DNA of 64,000 bases from Basidiobolus meristosporus CBS 931.73 (GCA_002104905.1 MCFE01000189.1:62001-126000); one strand, 5' to 3'. Counted from the first letter of the stretch, positions 50,559 to 62,599 are shown. Numbers and translations: made by a program. Notes: generated by a model from the letters alone, not told the origin.

Positions 50559-52568
50559 CCTCCAGCAATGATTATTCACTAGGAGATTCAATCACTTGGT
50601 TTGGCACTTCCCCACCAGAGGAATTTCAATAGCGCAGCGATGGCAAGGTTAATTTATTAAATGTTGGAAGGGAATGCTCATATTGGAAGGGGACTCGGCC
50701 CAATAAATATAGTGAGCCACCCTGGTTACGATGCACTAAAACAAACGAATCGCGACATCAAATTTGCAGCGATAGTACAACAGGGGTCAGGGAGAAAAGA
50801 TGGTGGCTACGTCTCAACCATTGTTCTATATTAATTCTAGGATTAAATATGGTTTTGTCAGGTGCTAAAGCTCAAAAAACGCTAGAAAGGCCGGAAAAGC
50901 GAGGAATATTTATTAAAATCGCTTTTCTTTTAATAACTGGCTTTTAGCACTTGACAAATCCGGTTCGATAGATACTTGATTCAGGCTATGGGATATGATT
51001 GGTGGTCCTGGGTATCGATGGAGTGAATCAATTGATTCTTAGTAAATAAGAGATCTCATCAGATGTTGCCTACTGCCAACAAATCAAGCGCCATATCTAT
51101 TTCGGAAGATCTATATACCTTCATTTACCATCATATGAAGCTCAAGATGACCAAGATAGTGGGTACAAATGGTATAATTGGAACCGCTCTATTGGCTGAT
51201 CCGTATCTCGAATCAGTGGAGGGTCTGTGCGATGTATACTTCATGATCCATCGTGAACTTGCTAGTTGTACTACTACTTCCTGTGGTGCTGCATTGCTGA
51301 GATTTGGCTGCTAGAGTTAATTAAGGTTTTTACAAAAACTGGGCAGCAGCGACTGCAAAAGCAAGAGAATACCGATTTGTACAGGGTAAATCTAGTTGAT
51401 GTGCTCAAAAAGTTGTACGGTGCTCTATGCCTACATAAGCATCGGCTCAATATGTCAAAGACAGGATAGTGGTCCCATTACGTTGCACTGTTCTGTATTC
51501 GAGTTGGGATTTTGATTATTCAGTGAACGTGAGCTCGCAATTGGTATATTGTAGTGTGTGGTGCAATGAATATCCGTGCAGCGGCTAGGATAATTATGAG
51601 CGAACGTTGTGACAACTTCTGACATATCTATTGACGAAATTAGACCTGCAGATTCCAAGTGTCTGGGTTAACCTAGAACTGGTATAATCGCTATCTTCAT
51701 CACAATCGGCTGCATTGTATCTTCATGTTTCCCTTATGAGCCAGATAATGTTTGCTTTGTTTCTTTAAATACCTTTGCCAATACGTAAAAGCCTACAGTG
51801 GTTTCTACGGAGAAGCGAGTGAAAGACCAACAAAATTGCTCTGGGCTTATTTGTTTTGCCATACCGGATGGTCACCAGTGATGTAGTATAAAAGTTTCAA
51901 ATCTCCCATCCAATAATCGATAATCACGCTGATTTTGTTGGTAGTTGATAACTGAAACCTGGGTAAATCTAAGATTGATCTCAACAATCAATTACCCCAA
52001 CCTTGCAGCTTTTGGAATGCATGTGTTGTATCCAGTTTCATCTTTAGAAACCATGGTTCAAATGCTTTTGGTACATCACAATGAATGTAGGACTCTAAAC
52101 CACATCTTCCATACTTTATGGATTCTATTCCACCGGATCAAAGTATTGTAGTACTCTTTGACTTTGAGCCCTGCCATTCATATTCCATTAGGTAACTCGT
52201 TTAATAGTTGAACTCATTTTATAGACATGCCAAAGAAAAGGGAGAAGATTGGAATATGAGAAACCTCTAGATTTTTCTGAAAATGAGTTTGACAGCAGTT
52301 ATGCTAAGATCTGGTAGGCTTGATGTATTAAGGTGGCTTTTCAGAACACTATCTAGAGTGCCAATATTTCTACCCATCAAGTCAATGGTTAATTTCTGAG
52401 TTTTCTGTTAGATGGTCCAAATATATTTTATCCTACTTCACCGTGTACCGCGATATTCTTATTTATGTTCAGATTAAGCTGCAAAAATAGTCACTATACG
52501 AAATAAAAATCTGGGACACGTGATCTTTCCAATTTATAGACAGCCTATTGTACAGCTGACTCCCGAAA

Positions 52569-52862
52569 ATGTTTGCTCTCACCAAGCAGTGTCCCAAGAT
52601 AGGTTTTACCATACTGAAGCGGACTTACGCGAGTAAAACCATCTTTGTCGCCAACCTACCACGAGAAACGACACACCAGGACCTGAAGTTAATATTCTCA
52701 AGCTATGGATCGGTCTATACCGTGAAGCATGCACCGCGCCAGAGCTACGGCTTCGTTATAATGGAATCAACATCGGCGGCAAAGGCGATAGAAGACGTGA
52801 AGGGATATCGTCTGCATGGAAATATACTCAAAGTCAAAGAATCCAAACCACGAAAAAAGTAA
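52569..52862 (+). CDS. Single-RRM RNA-binding protein, 97 aa, with a putative mitochondrial presequence
   Basis: RNP2 IFVANL and RNP1 SYGFVIM, with the typical ending LHGNILKVKES. The N-terminus has no acidic residues and ends KRTY/AS. Confidence 0.88.
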   Translation: MFALTKQCPKIGFTILKRTYASKTIFVANLPRETTHQDLKLIFSSYGSVYTVKHAPRQSYGFVIMESTSAAKAIEDVKGYRLHGNILKVKESKPRKK

Positions 52863-53739
52863 ACCCTAACCTTCGGAGTATGGGTTTCTTTGAAAATTTT
52901 TATATTAGTAGAATCGAATGCATGCCCAACCCACTATAAAGTTGACACCAACTTTGATATACAAAGCAAATCCAAATCTTGTACGCATTTATACTCCCAA
53001 ATACATATATTGACTCCAAACCTAATTCACTTTCGTGTAGTTTTCGTGCATAATGTTTCTGTACAACTGCCAAACACTTCACCGATTTACGTTCTGATCT
53101 GTGGCTTTATATGTTGGATTTAAAACGTTCTATTACCCCATTAGGATTCGCCTCAAACAGTTTGGCAATATTTTTCGTTGAAGATACCATGCGTATGTTA
53201 CGTGCTGTTATGAGGTTCTACTCTAGTAGAGAAATGCCAGGTGAAGAGAGCATTGAAATTTCCTCAACTCCAACATTAATACACCCACACTGAACAATAT
53301 TTCATAATGAACTTACGAACTAAATCCTAAGTAAATGATTCATAATTTAGCAGTAAGATGTTGGCTGTTCTTTAAAAATCTTGATTACTTTCAGGCCATC
53401 ACTAATTGTAACTTGTCCAAAAGTCCTCCAACTTTGCACTAACTTCCTGAGACCGTTCTTAAATCATCCTTATCATTAGTTTACAAAGTTTCCCTAAATG
53501 TACAAGTACTTTCCTTGAGTTCAATAAAAAACAAGTGAGTATCATGCAATTCTCTAGTTCACCAAATCACTCTAATACTGCCTAGAATCCTGCAACAAAT
53601 ACCCACCTTTAGTTTTCTGCACTCTGCGGATGATATTTCATCTAGCCTACAGCATATTTTTTTTGCTCAAAACCTATACGAAAGCTAAAGACTAAAGACC
53701 ATATCACGAATATCAAAGGGCAGATGAAAAAATTTACAC

Positions 53740-54130
53740 TTTATTGCACGATCTGAAGGAGCAGTGGAGGCGATTTAGCTAAAGAGAAGCTTGTATGATG
53801 TACACTTGTTAGCATACTACGTGTTGATAAGATATTATAACTTATAGGTGAGCATTTTAAAGGTAAAAATAAGAATATATAGCTTAGAAAGAGTTTGGGT
53901 TTTCTGGAGACTCCACTAATTCCAAGAAATTGCCATTTTTTCAAGCTGAGTGTTAAGTTTCTAGTAGCCAACTTCACATTTCCCAAAGATCAAACATCCA
54001 CAACTTAGATGATAAATACCATTAATATCACTATGAAAGATTTAAACATGATTTGTATAAATATTCTGCTGGTTTTCCTATGATATTCCAATGGTATTCT
54101 GCTGGTGATTTTCAATTAGGCTTTGAAGTG
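53740..54130 (-). mobile_element. Highly degraded retroelement remnant (possibly Gypsy RT C-terminus) with an 11-bp-periodic repeat
   Basis: KLATRNLTLSLKKWQF resembles the L...KL...KCEF end of Gypsy RT. Local CpG is reduced. The 11-mers at ~54060-54110 resemble those at 4924-5000. Confidence 0.35.
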
Positions 54131-54355
54131 TTTATTACACCAGGAGTGTCAAATCAGGATTAGTTGACCTATACGCACTATCCGGCACCATGATCGACAT
54201 CACAATGCAGCCAGTATATTTATTAACTTCGTATAATATGTATCAGAGTTAGGAGAAGTAGATATCTCTCCAAGTCTCTGGATGTCATCTCTCTACGTGT
54301 CATTTTGGACTTTTTTGTAAGTTCATTAAATATATTTTGTAAAAACTTAAAAGAA

Positions 54356-54885
54356 ATGAATCATGCAAACTCTACTCTTTTGGCCTTAACCCTACCGTCG
54401 AGATTCTTTATGAGATGGATAGGTTAAAAATGCTCCCAATACACTCGCAGCATTTGGAATGTACAAGGAGTATCTGTATGACATTCTATTTCCCATGAGT
54501 TCTGTACGAAACTATATCACCTGGTTTGTGGAAATCGAATCAACACAATCCTTCCAATCAGGTCGAGTCAGCACTCAGGACAGCTTGTCCAGGGAATGAA
54601 CATCAGACTAAAGTCTCTCCTAAGGGTAGAGTACTTAATGTACTCACCAAGAGGTGAGTTTGTTAGAGAAGCATGTGGCCTAAAAAACTGAAGATGGCTT
54701 CATTTTACAAGCGCAACATTTGCCTACTAGGGTCATGGCGATGTTTATTTCCCGTGATGTCAATCGATGTTCAGTTAATTCCGAACAACAGGACATCAAA
54801 AACTAAAAGCTACTTTGCTGAAAACACAAGTTTTGTAAAGACTCGCTACTTGTGGCTTAGCCTCAATGCGTATTAGTATGATGTA
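54356..54885 (+). pseudogene. Degraded 5'-half copy of the 387-aa membrane protein family
   Basis: aaggagtatctgtatgacattctatttcccatgagttctgtacgaaactatatcac and downstream DNA align with 57570-58000, with multiple frameshifts. Confidence 0.85.
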
Positions 54886-55215
54886 TGAGGGGAAAGCAAG
54901 AAGGATCACGTTTAAGCAACCCAAAGATTATTTCAGTCCAAACTTCATAATAAGAGGCAATACTACGGATTTCCGATAATCTGATTAAAATTAAGTAGGT
55001 AGCATCTATACTATGAGACTAAAGGTTTCATAGAATGTAGAATAATGATGCATACCTCAACAAGACCACGTAATGTTGGGCTTCACTAGGTGTTAGGTAA
55101 TGTAGCACGGGCAACATAAGCCCTTGGCTGTGATATACCGGTGACTGATATTTTGTCTATATACGTCTCAGAACTTGTGCAAAGTAATGCATTTGTGGTT
55201 CAACTAGGTACAGAA

Positions 55216-55952
55216 ATGAGTGATGACACATTAATTATTACAGAAGAACGAAGAACACTCATGCAAGTTTTTTTCCTGGGACTTGCCGTTGCCTGGACAC
55301 TGAGATTGGTTATGAGAAAGATCCAAATTTTCCCGAACACCCTCGCAGCATTTGGACTGTTCAAGGAGTATCTGTATGCCATTCTCTTCCCCATGGACTC
55401 TGTCCGAAACTACATCACTAGATGTGGCCATGATCATTCCACTGTTGTACTCATTCGGCAAGTGTATTGCACCAGTGTTCATCACTCTGGAATCCGATGA
55501 TTTCCATGCCAGCAAGTATTTTGTCCAGATGACTGAGAATAACCAATCCAATGAGGATATCTACATTGGCAAGGTTTCAAGCACCAAAGAGTCAGTTCAC
55601 AAAGAAACAATGCTCAGATATGCAATGGAACAAGCAATTGACTCGATCGCATATACGGCTTTGCATTTTATGATATATTACACCTGGAGAGAACTTAATC
55701 TTTATGGGGTGGAAGGAATTTATCCGCACAATCGTCCATGCGAATAAGTGTGTTGGTATACGGTATATTTCCAATTCGTGGGATATGGTAAACATACTGA
55801 AGCGATTGTGTAGTGTTGCTCGATTGGTAAAAGTTAGGCAGCTGTATTTTGTCAATAATAAGGTCATTAGTCTCTTGAACTGGTCTGAGCCTGCTCTGTC
55901 TCTTGTCTATATAATTGCCCGGCTTTCTTCAATATTGTATTTTCTGCATTAA
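55216..55952 (+). pseudogene. Pseudogene of the 387-aa family with a 434-bp internal deletion and later stops
   Basis: The junction catcact|agatgtgg at 55419/55420 corresponds to loss of 57631-58064 in the intact paralogue. It has its own distinct N- and C-terminal variants. Confidence 0.92.
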
Positions 55953-56017
55953 ATGAACACCTGATGTAATTAAATAAAAATCAATGCAAATCAACTTTGC
56001 GGAAACCAGTTTTTTTT

Positions 56018-56748
56018 GTGATTCTGGATCATGCTGTATGACGTGTCAACGGACCACCATTTTATGTGTGATTTCCTGTTGGTATAATATCTAACCCGAT
56101 CTCTTTTCAAATACATACAAATCTAGCGATTGCTCTGAAAAAATATCGTTTCCTTCTGGTGGTTACGTTCTCATTCGGGTGATTACCTCATTGTGCACTT
56201 TGTGTTCATAAAGTAGTTTTCTAGTCTTTCTATTTGTACTTTTGCCACCCAAAATCCAACACGAAGTACGGATCGTGGTTTAGGAATGCCGGTGCTTCGG
56301 GTATATGTATTACCTTCAAGAATTTTTTGCATCGGCAAGGAATCTGGGAATTGAATTGGTTTATAACAGTAGGCATGATACAGTTGTATTTGCAAGTGGA
56401 TAATTTTTTTTCAGGATGTGAGGCAGTACTTTCAGTGATGTAAGTGGTGTTCAAGACATGTACAAAATAAGCCGTAAACATTGGTGCACTCCTCATGCTA
56501 ATGTTTCGAAAGTAAAGCTTCATCAAAGCCAAACTCAAGGAACTACACACCAGTGTTAACGTTTGCCGGAAATCCACTCTATTCTGGCGTGAATTAGTAA
56601 AAGAATCAGCCATGTGTATGTCAGGTGTTCGTAGTAGCACCTGCTACGGGTAACAATGTGGACATCGGGATAAATACCAGACTATCTCAGTTTACTCCCC
56701 AAAATTCATTGCTGACAGTAATACACCAATTATAGAATTTATATAATG
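56018..56748 (-). pseudogene. Decayed coding-like segment X, copy 1
   Basis: Roughly 70-75% DNA similarity to 59464-60176, with in-frame peptide similarity (NSQIPCRCKKFLKVIHIP vs NSQITF*CQKFLKAIHKP; FMNTKCT in both). Family unknown. Confidence 0.5.
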
Positions 56749-57263
56749 GCTGAAAGCGTACCTCGATGGAAAACGCCCTACGCCATCTTTATAAATTATT
56801 TCTTAATCCAAATTTCAGATTGGATGGGCTGATAGTTACATACCAGTTAACATCAATGTATCATTAAATACTTGTACCTTGATGAGCTCACCAGAAACGC
56901 AAGAGATCCCTTACAAGAATTCTGTAGTGGAAAGCCTAAAACCTTTTGTGCACTTGCATATATATATATTTCTTAGATAATCTTTAAGGTATTTAGGTAC
57001 TTTATTGCATGACAAGAAGGGAATTGGGAGCAGCAAATACAAGCGACAGTATACCTGATAATACATCAAAAGAATATACTAAAATGGCTGGTGAAGCACA
57101 GCCTCAGTTAATGCCATCATACTAATGAAACATTCGCATAGCCCTTTGATTATATTATCATCACGGCTACTCACAAGCATTTTGTCCTGTGAATTTACAG
57201 GTGGCATTGATGCTTCCAGGTGCAATCCTGCGGAATCCACTACACGCCACTTGTGATAGCCTT

Positions 57264-57267
<4 letters not shown>

Positions 57268-57306
<39 letters not shown>
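57268..57306. repeat. (TA)n microsatellite, ~19 units
   Basis: Directly visible, ending ~120 bp upstream of the ATG at 57424. Confidence 0.97.
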
Positions 57307-57312
<6 letters not shown>

Positions 57313-57423
57313 GAATTGGGATCTTTTTGGTGCGACTTGTTTACAGAAACGTAAATTGCGGAAAATCACTTTAAAAACCGGCACGTTTGCTATTCGGTGT
57401 TTTGAAACATAAGCTGTACCAAC

Positions 57424-58587
57424 ATGGACATTAATTCGCAAGATAACTTGGAGGATGAGCTAAATGCTATTTTTTACCATATTTTGCTGTCCGTTATCTT
57501 TGCCATTATGCTAAGATTGGTCCTGAGGAGGATTCAGGTTGTCCCCAATGCCCTCACCTCATTTGGACTGTTCAAGGAGTATCTGTATGCCATTCTCTTC
57601 CCCATGGATTCTGTCCGAAACTACATCACTCAGTTCGTGGAAATCAAGTCAACACAAGCCTCCCAAAATCAGATCGAGTCAGCTCTCAGGGCGGCTTATT
57701 CTGGGAATGGCTACTGGGTCAATGTCTCTCCGAAGGCCAGGGCTGTCAGCGCACTCACTAGGGGCGAGATTGTCAGTGAAGCCCGTGGCCTGAAAAAGAT
57801 GATGATGACTTCATTCTACAAGCACAACATATGTCTACCTGAACAATGCCAATATGTGTCCGCAGTCGTGAAGGACGATGCCCAGCTAATCCTGAGCAAC
57901 AAGATCTCCATCTCACAGAGCCGCATTGCTGAAGACAAGAGTCTGCTGACAAAGGTTTGCTTCTTGCTCGTGGCCATGTACACGATGTATGCTATCTCCA
58001 CAATCACCTACTGCCTCTGGACAATGCATTACATTCCGGCAGCATATCGTACGATAAATTTGGTAGATGTGGCCATGGTCATTCCACTGTTGTACCCGTT
58101 CGGCAAGTGTATTGCACCAGTGTTCATCACTCTGGAATCCGATGATTTCCATGCCAGCAAGTATTTTGTCCAGATGACTGAGAATAACCAATCCAATGAG
58201 GATATCTACATTGGCAAGGTTTCAAGCACCAAAGAGTCCGTACACAAAGAAACGATGCTCAGATATGCACTGGAACAGGCAATTGGTTCCATTATATATA
58301 CAGCTCTACATTTTATGATGAGTTACACTCTGGAAGGTGTATATCTATATGGAGTGGAAGGGAGTTATCCTATAAACCAGGAACAACCCCCTCATTTCTT
58401 CGTTTCAATACTCTTCGGGCCCTTCACTTACGGCAAGAGTGCTGAAGCCATTGTGCACAGTGTTACTCACTCGGTCAGATTCGGGCAGCTGTATTTCACC
58501 AATAGCAAGGTCATCTGCTTCTTGAACTGGTCAGAGTCTATCCTATCAGTTGTGTATATGTATGTTCGCATTTATGCGATGTTTTAA
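57424..58587 (+). CDS. Uncharacterised multi-pass membrane protein, 387 aa, intronless (paralogue A)
   Basis: Intact ORF with hydrophobic segments at approximately aa 16-35, 178-199, 214-237, 286-303, 325-345 and 363-385. Conserved with two further intact paralogues. Confidence 0.9.
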   Translation: MDINSQDNLEDELNAIFYHILLSVIFAIMLRLVLRRIQVVPNALTSFGLFKEYLYAILFPMDSVRNYITQFVEIKSTQASQNQIESALRAAYSGNGYWVNVSPKARAVSALTRGEIVSEARGLKKMMMTSFYKHNICLPEQCQYVSAVVKDDAQLILSNKISISQSRIAEDKSLLTKVCFLLVAMYTMYAISTITYCLWTMHYIPAAYRTINLVDVAMVIPLLYPFGKCIAPVFITLESDDFHASKYFVQMTENNQSNEDIYIGKVSSTKESVHKETMLRYALEQAIGSIIYTALHFMMSYTLEGVYLYGVEGSYPINQEQPPHFFVSILFGPFTYGKSAEAIVHSVTHSVRFGQLYFTNSKVICFLNWSESILSVVYMYVRIYAMF

Positions 58588-59127
58588 TTTTCCAACTTCA
58601 GTAAACCCATGTATAAAGCTGAAAATAAGCTCAAATATCACCCCTAAGGGTAGCTGAGGCCTGTGATACACAGTCCAAGCGATTCCATAGAATGCAATAC
58701 GATCTTGGATCAACAATACTACACGACGTAGGGCTTACTCGGTATTAGGCAATATAGTTCAAGAAATACATACCTTGGTTGCGAAAGGCCTATGTCAATA
58801 TTTTTGTCTATATAAACACTAGCACATCTGCCAGGTAATGAGTTGGCGGTTTGGCCACACGCATTGAACAGATCGAATCGGAAAAGGGAACCATGGTGCA
58901 AATTGATCCCCGAGATCATGCGCCTCAGATCATCACCGTACCTGTCTCTGTAGATGTACTTGGAAATATCCTCATCTCATCTAGGCCATAAGTGATATAC
59001 ACAAAAGCATTCAAGTGAAAAGACCGAGCCGTCAGAGCAAAATGAAAGATGGTATGATTTCAAGTGGTGAAAAGGTTGACAACAAAATTAGCTTTTTCGT
59101 GTTGCTGACATGTAAGAGAGGGTCGTA

Positions 59128-60176
59128 TTAAATGCCAAGCCAGAATCGACACCATTTCACAACATTACAGTTCTTCGACATTGCTGCTTTGAGGACCTCT
59201 AGCATCAGGGCGGTCTGATAATCTATTATGGTATTATTCAAACTAGGATCCTGTGATGTGCCAAGGAGGCTTGGTAACTTGAGATATACTCTATTGAACG
59301 AGCCTGTGTTTTTATCCCTTAACCTCGAGCCAGCTCTCAGGGTGACTTCTGTGAATGGGCTGCCAGAGTGCTCACTAGTAATGGAATTGCCTCCAAAGCA
59401 TATGGTTAAAAAAATCTCACTACAGCTTCGTTTTACAAGCACAATACTTGTCAGATTATTCCTGTGGTTCTGGATTATGCTGTATGATGTGTCAAAGGAC
59501 CACCAATTTATGAGTAATATCCTGTTGGCGCGATATCTAACGCAAGCTCTTTTCAAATGCACGCAAAAGTTCGCGATTGTTTTGAAACAACATCTAGGTC
59601 CCTTGTGGTAGCTACGACATCATTCCGGTGATTACCTCACTGTGCACTTTGTGTTCATGAAGCAGCTTTCTGGTCTTTCTCTTTGTACTTTGTGCCACCG
59701 CAAGACCAACACGAAGAGCAGGTTATGGTCAAGTAGTACTGGTGATTGTATTGATACTTTGGGTTTGTGTATTGCCTTCAAGAATTTTTGGCATCAGAAA
59801 GTAATCTGGGAATTGTGTTAGTTTAGAACAGCAAGCATATATTTGAGTAAACAATTGCTATGATGCAAGGTGTTCAAGGGGCATATTAAACGAACCCTTA
59901 ACACCAGTATGTTCATCTCATTAAATGTTGGTTTGAAAGTAGAGCATTACCATTTCTAAGCTCGATGTACTACATACCAGTCTCGAAGTGCACCGGAAAT
60001 CTATTCATTTCCGCTGTGAATTAGCCAAAGAATCAACCATGTGAATATCAGTGTTCGTAGTAGCACCTACTATGGGCATTAATATGGAAATGGGGATCGA
60101 TACCAGACTATCTCAGTTTACTCCTGAAATTTCATTGCTGACAGTAGTACACCAATCATATAACCTATATGGTGGA
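59128..60176 (-). pseudogene. Decayed coding-like segment X, copy 2
   Basis: Homologous to 56018-56748 and continues into the 144-codon open segment 59128-59562. A signal-peptide-like stretch LRTLIFTWLILWLIH lies at its 5' end. Confidence 0.5.
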
Positions 60177-61065
60177 TAGAAACGGACATCAATGCGTGAA
60201 GAAAGAATGTACACAATGGAAAGCGAGCTGAGTACACTTTAAGCCATCCTTGTGACTATTTCACGATCCAAATTTAAGATCATAAGCAACTACTATTACT
60301 TTCCAGTTGACGTTGATGTGCCACCTGATACTTTTATCTTGACTGAGATGGCTAGGGAAGAAAAAGCACTGTGGTGAGGCTTTTCCCATCGGTCACCTTT
60401 ACCATCATGCTGAGATGGTAATACGATGGATAGTGGTTGATTGATCTGAGCAAAACTTTCAAAAAGAGTTTCGACAAACATTGCTTTTCTAGCCCTATGT
60501 TCATGGTAAGAAAGACGATCAGTTTTTTACTGAGCTACTCGTTTGATCAAACTTGAGCTACTGTGTTTCTCCAATAGCATCAGTATTTTAATCCGTAATA
60601 AGCCTTTCTAGTCAATATTTTATATATATCCACAAATTAGTGTATTATAGATAATGTTTGCACTCAACTTGATGTGAGGCCACACGGTAGAATCACGATT
60701 GGGGTACCAGTGTGTTGCAAATTCCAGATTGGCCAAGTGATTAGTGCTGTCACGGTTATGAGGCAGCCACATTGTAAGGCGGAAGTTGCTCAAAAACCTC
60801 TACTAATTTCGCATTTGAGCGTTTATCAACCGGTTCATTTTTATAATAATGAAGCAGTCGTCTAGCCTCTTGGTTGTACTCGATGTTATACTAGATTGGT
60901 ATAGATGATAAGATGAATAATTGACTGTAGCTATATATAGATATGAATGTGTATGCGTAGAATTTGGTTTCTTCCAGTGTAACTTGCTTAAAGTAAATTG
61001 CGGAAAATCACTTTAAAAACCGGCATATTTGCTATTCGGTGTTTTAAAACCTAAGCTGTACCAGC

Positions 61066-62229
61066 ATGGATAATAATTCGCAAGTAATCTCGGATGAAGA
61101 GTGGAATGATATTTTATACCATGCTTTCCTACCCATTATCTTTGCCATTATGCTAAGTTTGGTCCCGAGGAGGATTCAGGTTGTCCCCAATGCCCTCACC
61201 TCATTTGGACTGTTCAAGGAGTATCTGTATGCCATTCTCTTCCCCATGGACTCTGTCCGAAGCTACATCACTCAGTTCGTGGAAATCAAGTCAACACAAG
61301 CCTCCCAAAATCAGGTAGAGTCAGCTCTCAGGGCGGCTTATTCTGGGAATGGCTACTGGGTCAATGTCTCTCCGAAAACCAGAGCTGTCAGAGCACTCAC
61401 TAGGGGCGAGATTGTCAGTGAAGCACGTGGCCTGAAAAAGATGATGATGACTTCATTCTACAAGCACAACATATGTCTACCTGAACAATGCCAATACGTG
61501 TCCGCAGTCGTGAAGGACGATGCCCAGCTAATCCTGAGCAACAGGATCTCCATCTCACAGAGCCGCATTGCTGAAGACAAGAGTCTGCTGACAAAGGTTT
61601 GCTTCTTGCTCGTGGCCATGTACACGATGTATGCTATCTCCACAATCACCTACTGCCTCTGGACAATGCATTACATTCCGGCAGCATATCGTACGATAAA
61701 TTTGGTAGATGTGGCCATGGTCATTCCACTGTTGTACTCATTCGGCAAGTGTATTGCACCAGTGTTCATCACTCTGGAATCCGATGATTTCCATGCCAGC
61801 AAGTATTTTGTCCAGATGACTGAGAATAACCAATCCAATGAGGATATCTACGTTGGCAAGGTTTCAAGCACCAAAGAGTCAGTACACAAAGAAACGATGC
61901 TCAGATATGCAATGGAACAAGCAATCGGCTCGGTTGCATACACGATTTTGTACTTCGCGATGAAATTCATCCTACGGCGGTTATATAGGTATGGGATCGA
62001 AGGGATCTACCCTATGATGGAAGAGCCTTCAATCATGTTTCCAATGAGAGTAATTGACATGCACTTCGCTTACGGTAAGAGTGCTGAGGCGAGTGTGCAT
62101 AGCGTTGCTCGATTGGTAAGAGTTGGGCAGCAGTATTTCACAAATGGCAAGGTCATTCGCTTCTTGGATTGGTCCGAGTCTATCCTGTCGGTCATATATG
62201 TATATGTTCGTGTATTTGCAATTCTGTAA
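61066..62229 (+). CDS. Uncharacterised multi-pass membrane protein, 387 aa, intronless (paralogue B)
   Basis: Colinear with A without gaps: 8 differences in aa 35-289, 15 of 34 in the N-terminus and ~45 of 98 in the C-terminus. Confidence 0.9.
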   Translation: MDNNSQVISDEEWNDILYHAFLPIIFAIMLSLVPRRIQVVPNALTSFGLFKEYLYAILFPMDSVRSYITQFVEIKSTQASQNQVESALRAAYSGNGYWVNVSPKTRAVRALTRGEIVSEARGLKKMMMTSFYKHNICLPEQCQYVSAVVKDDAQLILSNRISISQSRIAEDKSLLTKVCFLLVAMYTMYAISTITYCLWTMHYIPAAYRTINLVDVAMVIPLLYSFGKCIAPVFITLESDDFHASKYFVQMTENNQSNEDIYVGKVSSTKESVHKETMLRYAMEQAIGSVAYTILYFAMKFILRRLYRYGIEGIYPMMEEPSIMFPMRVIDMHFAYGKSAEASVHSVARLVRVGQQYFTNGKVIRFLDWSESILSVIYVYVRVFAIL

Positions 62230-62599
62230 TTATGCGATATTTGGTTGATCGATTCGAGCTTAATACACTGCAATTAGCTGTAGCTGGCAAGGTATGCACT
62301 ATAATCTAGTAACGGATCACCATTTTGGTTGAAGATCCGATATGAATAATACATTAAACACTTTCTATAATCTTTACTATAAAGCACACTTCAGTGAGTG
62401 AAAGCAGATTAGCCCGAGGTGCCTAAAAGAATACGGATGAAAAGCACATATCACTACAAACTATAGCGAATATTCTGCTTCTATGATGAAACAGACGACT
62501 TGGTTGTTGGAACATGTGTATATTCTCGAGCAAAAGAATTCTAAGATACGTATGGTGCAGGTTATTTAGAATCAGGCATAAGATACAGATGGATGTGTT

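Noticed and set aside
51000-52450. Short ORFs between the S/T-P-rich gene and the RRM gene
   Set aside because: No motifs, and they overlap on both strands; treated as intergenic or unidentifiable relic DNA.
55141-55215. N-terminal extension of the pseudogene ORF in the track
   Set aside because: It starts at GTG; the ATG at 55216 matches the start position of the intact paralogues.
57079-57441. 120-aa ORF with an IYIYIY run
   Set aside because: Produced by translating the (TA)n microsatellite on the minus strand.
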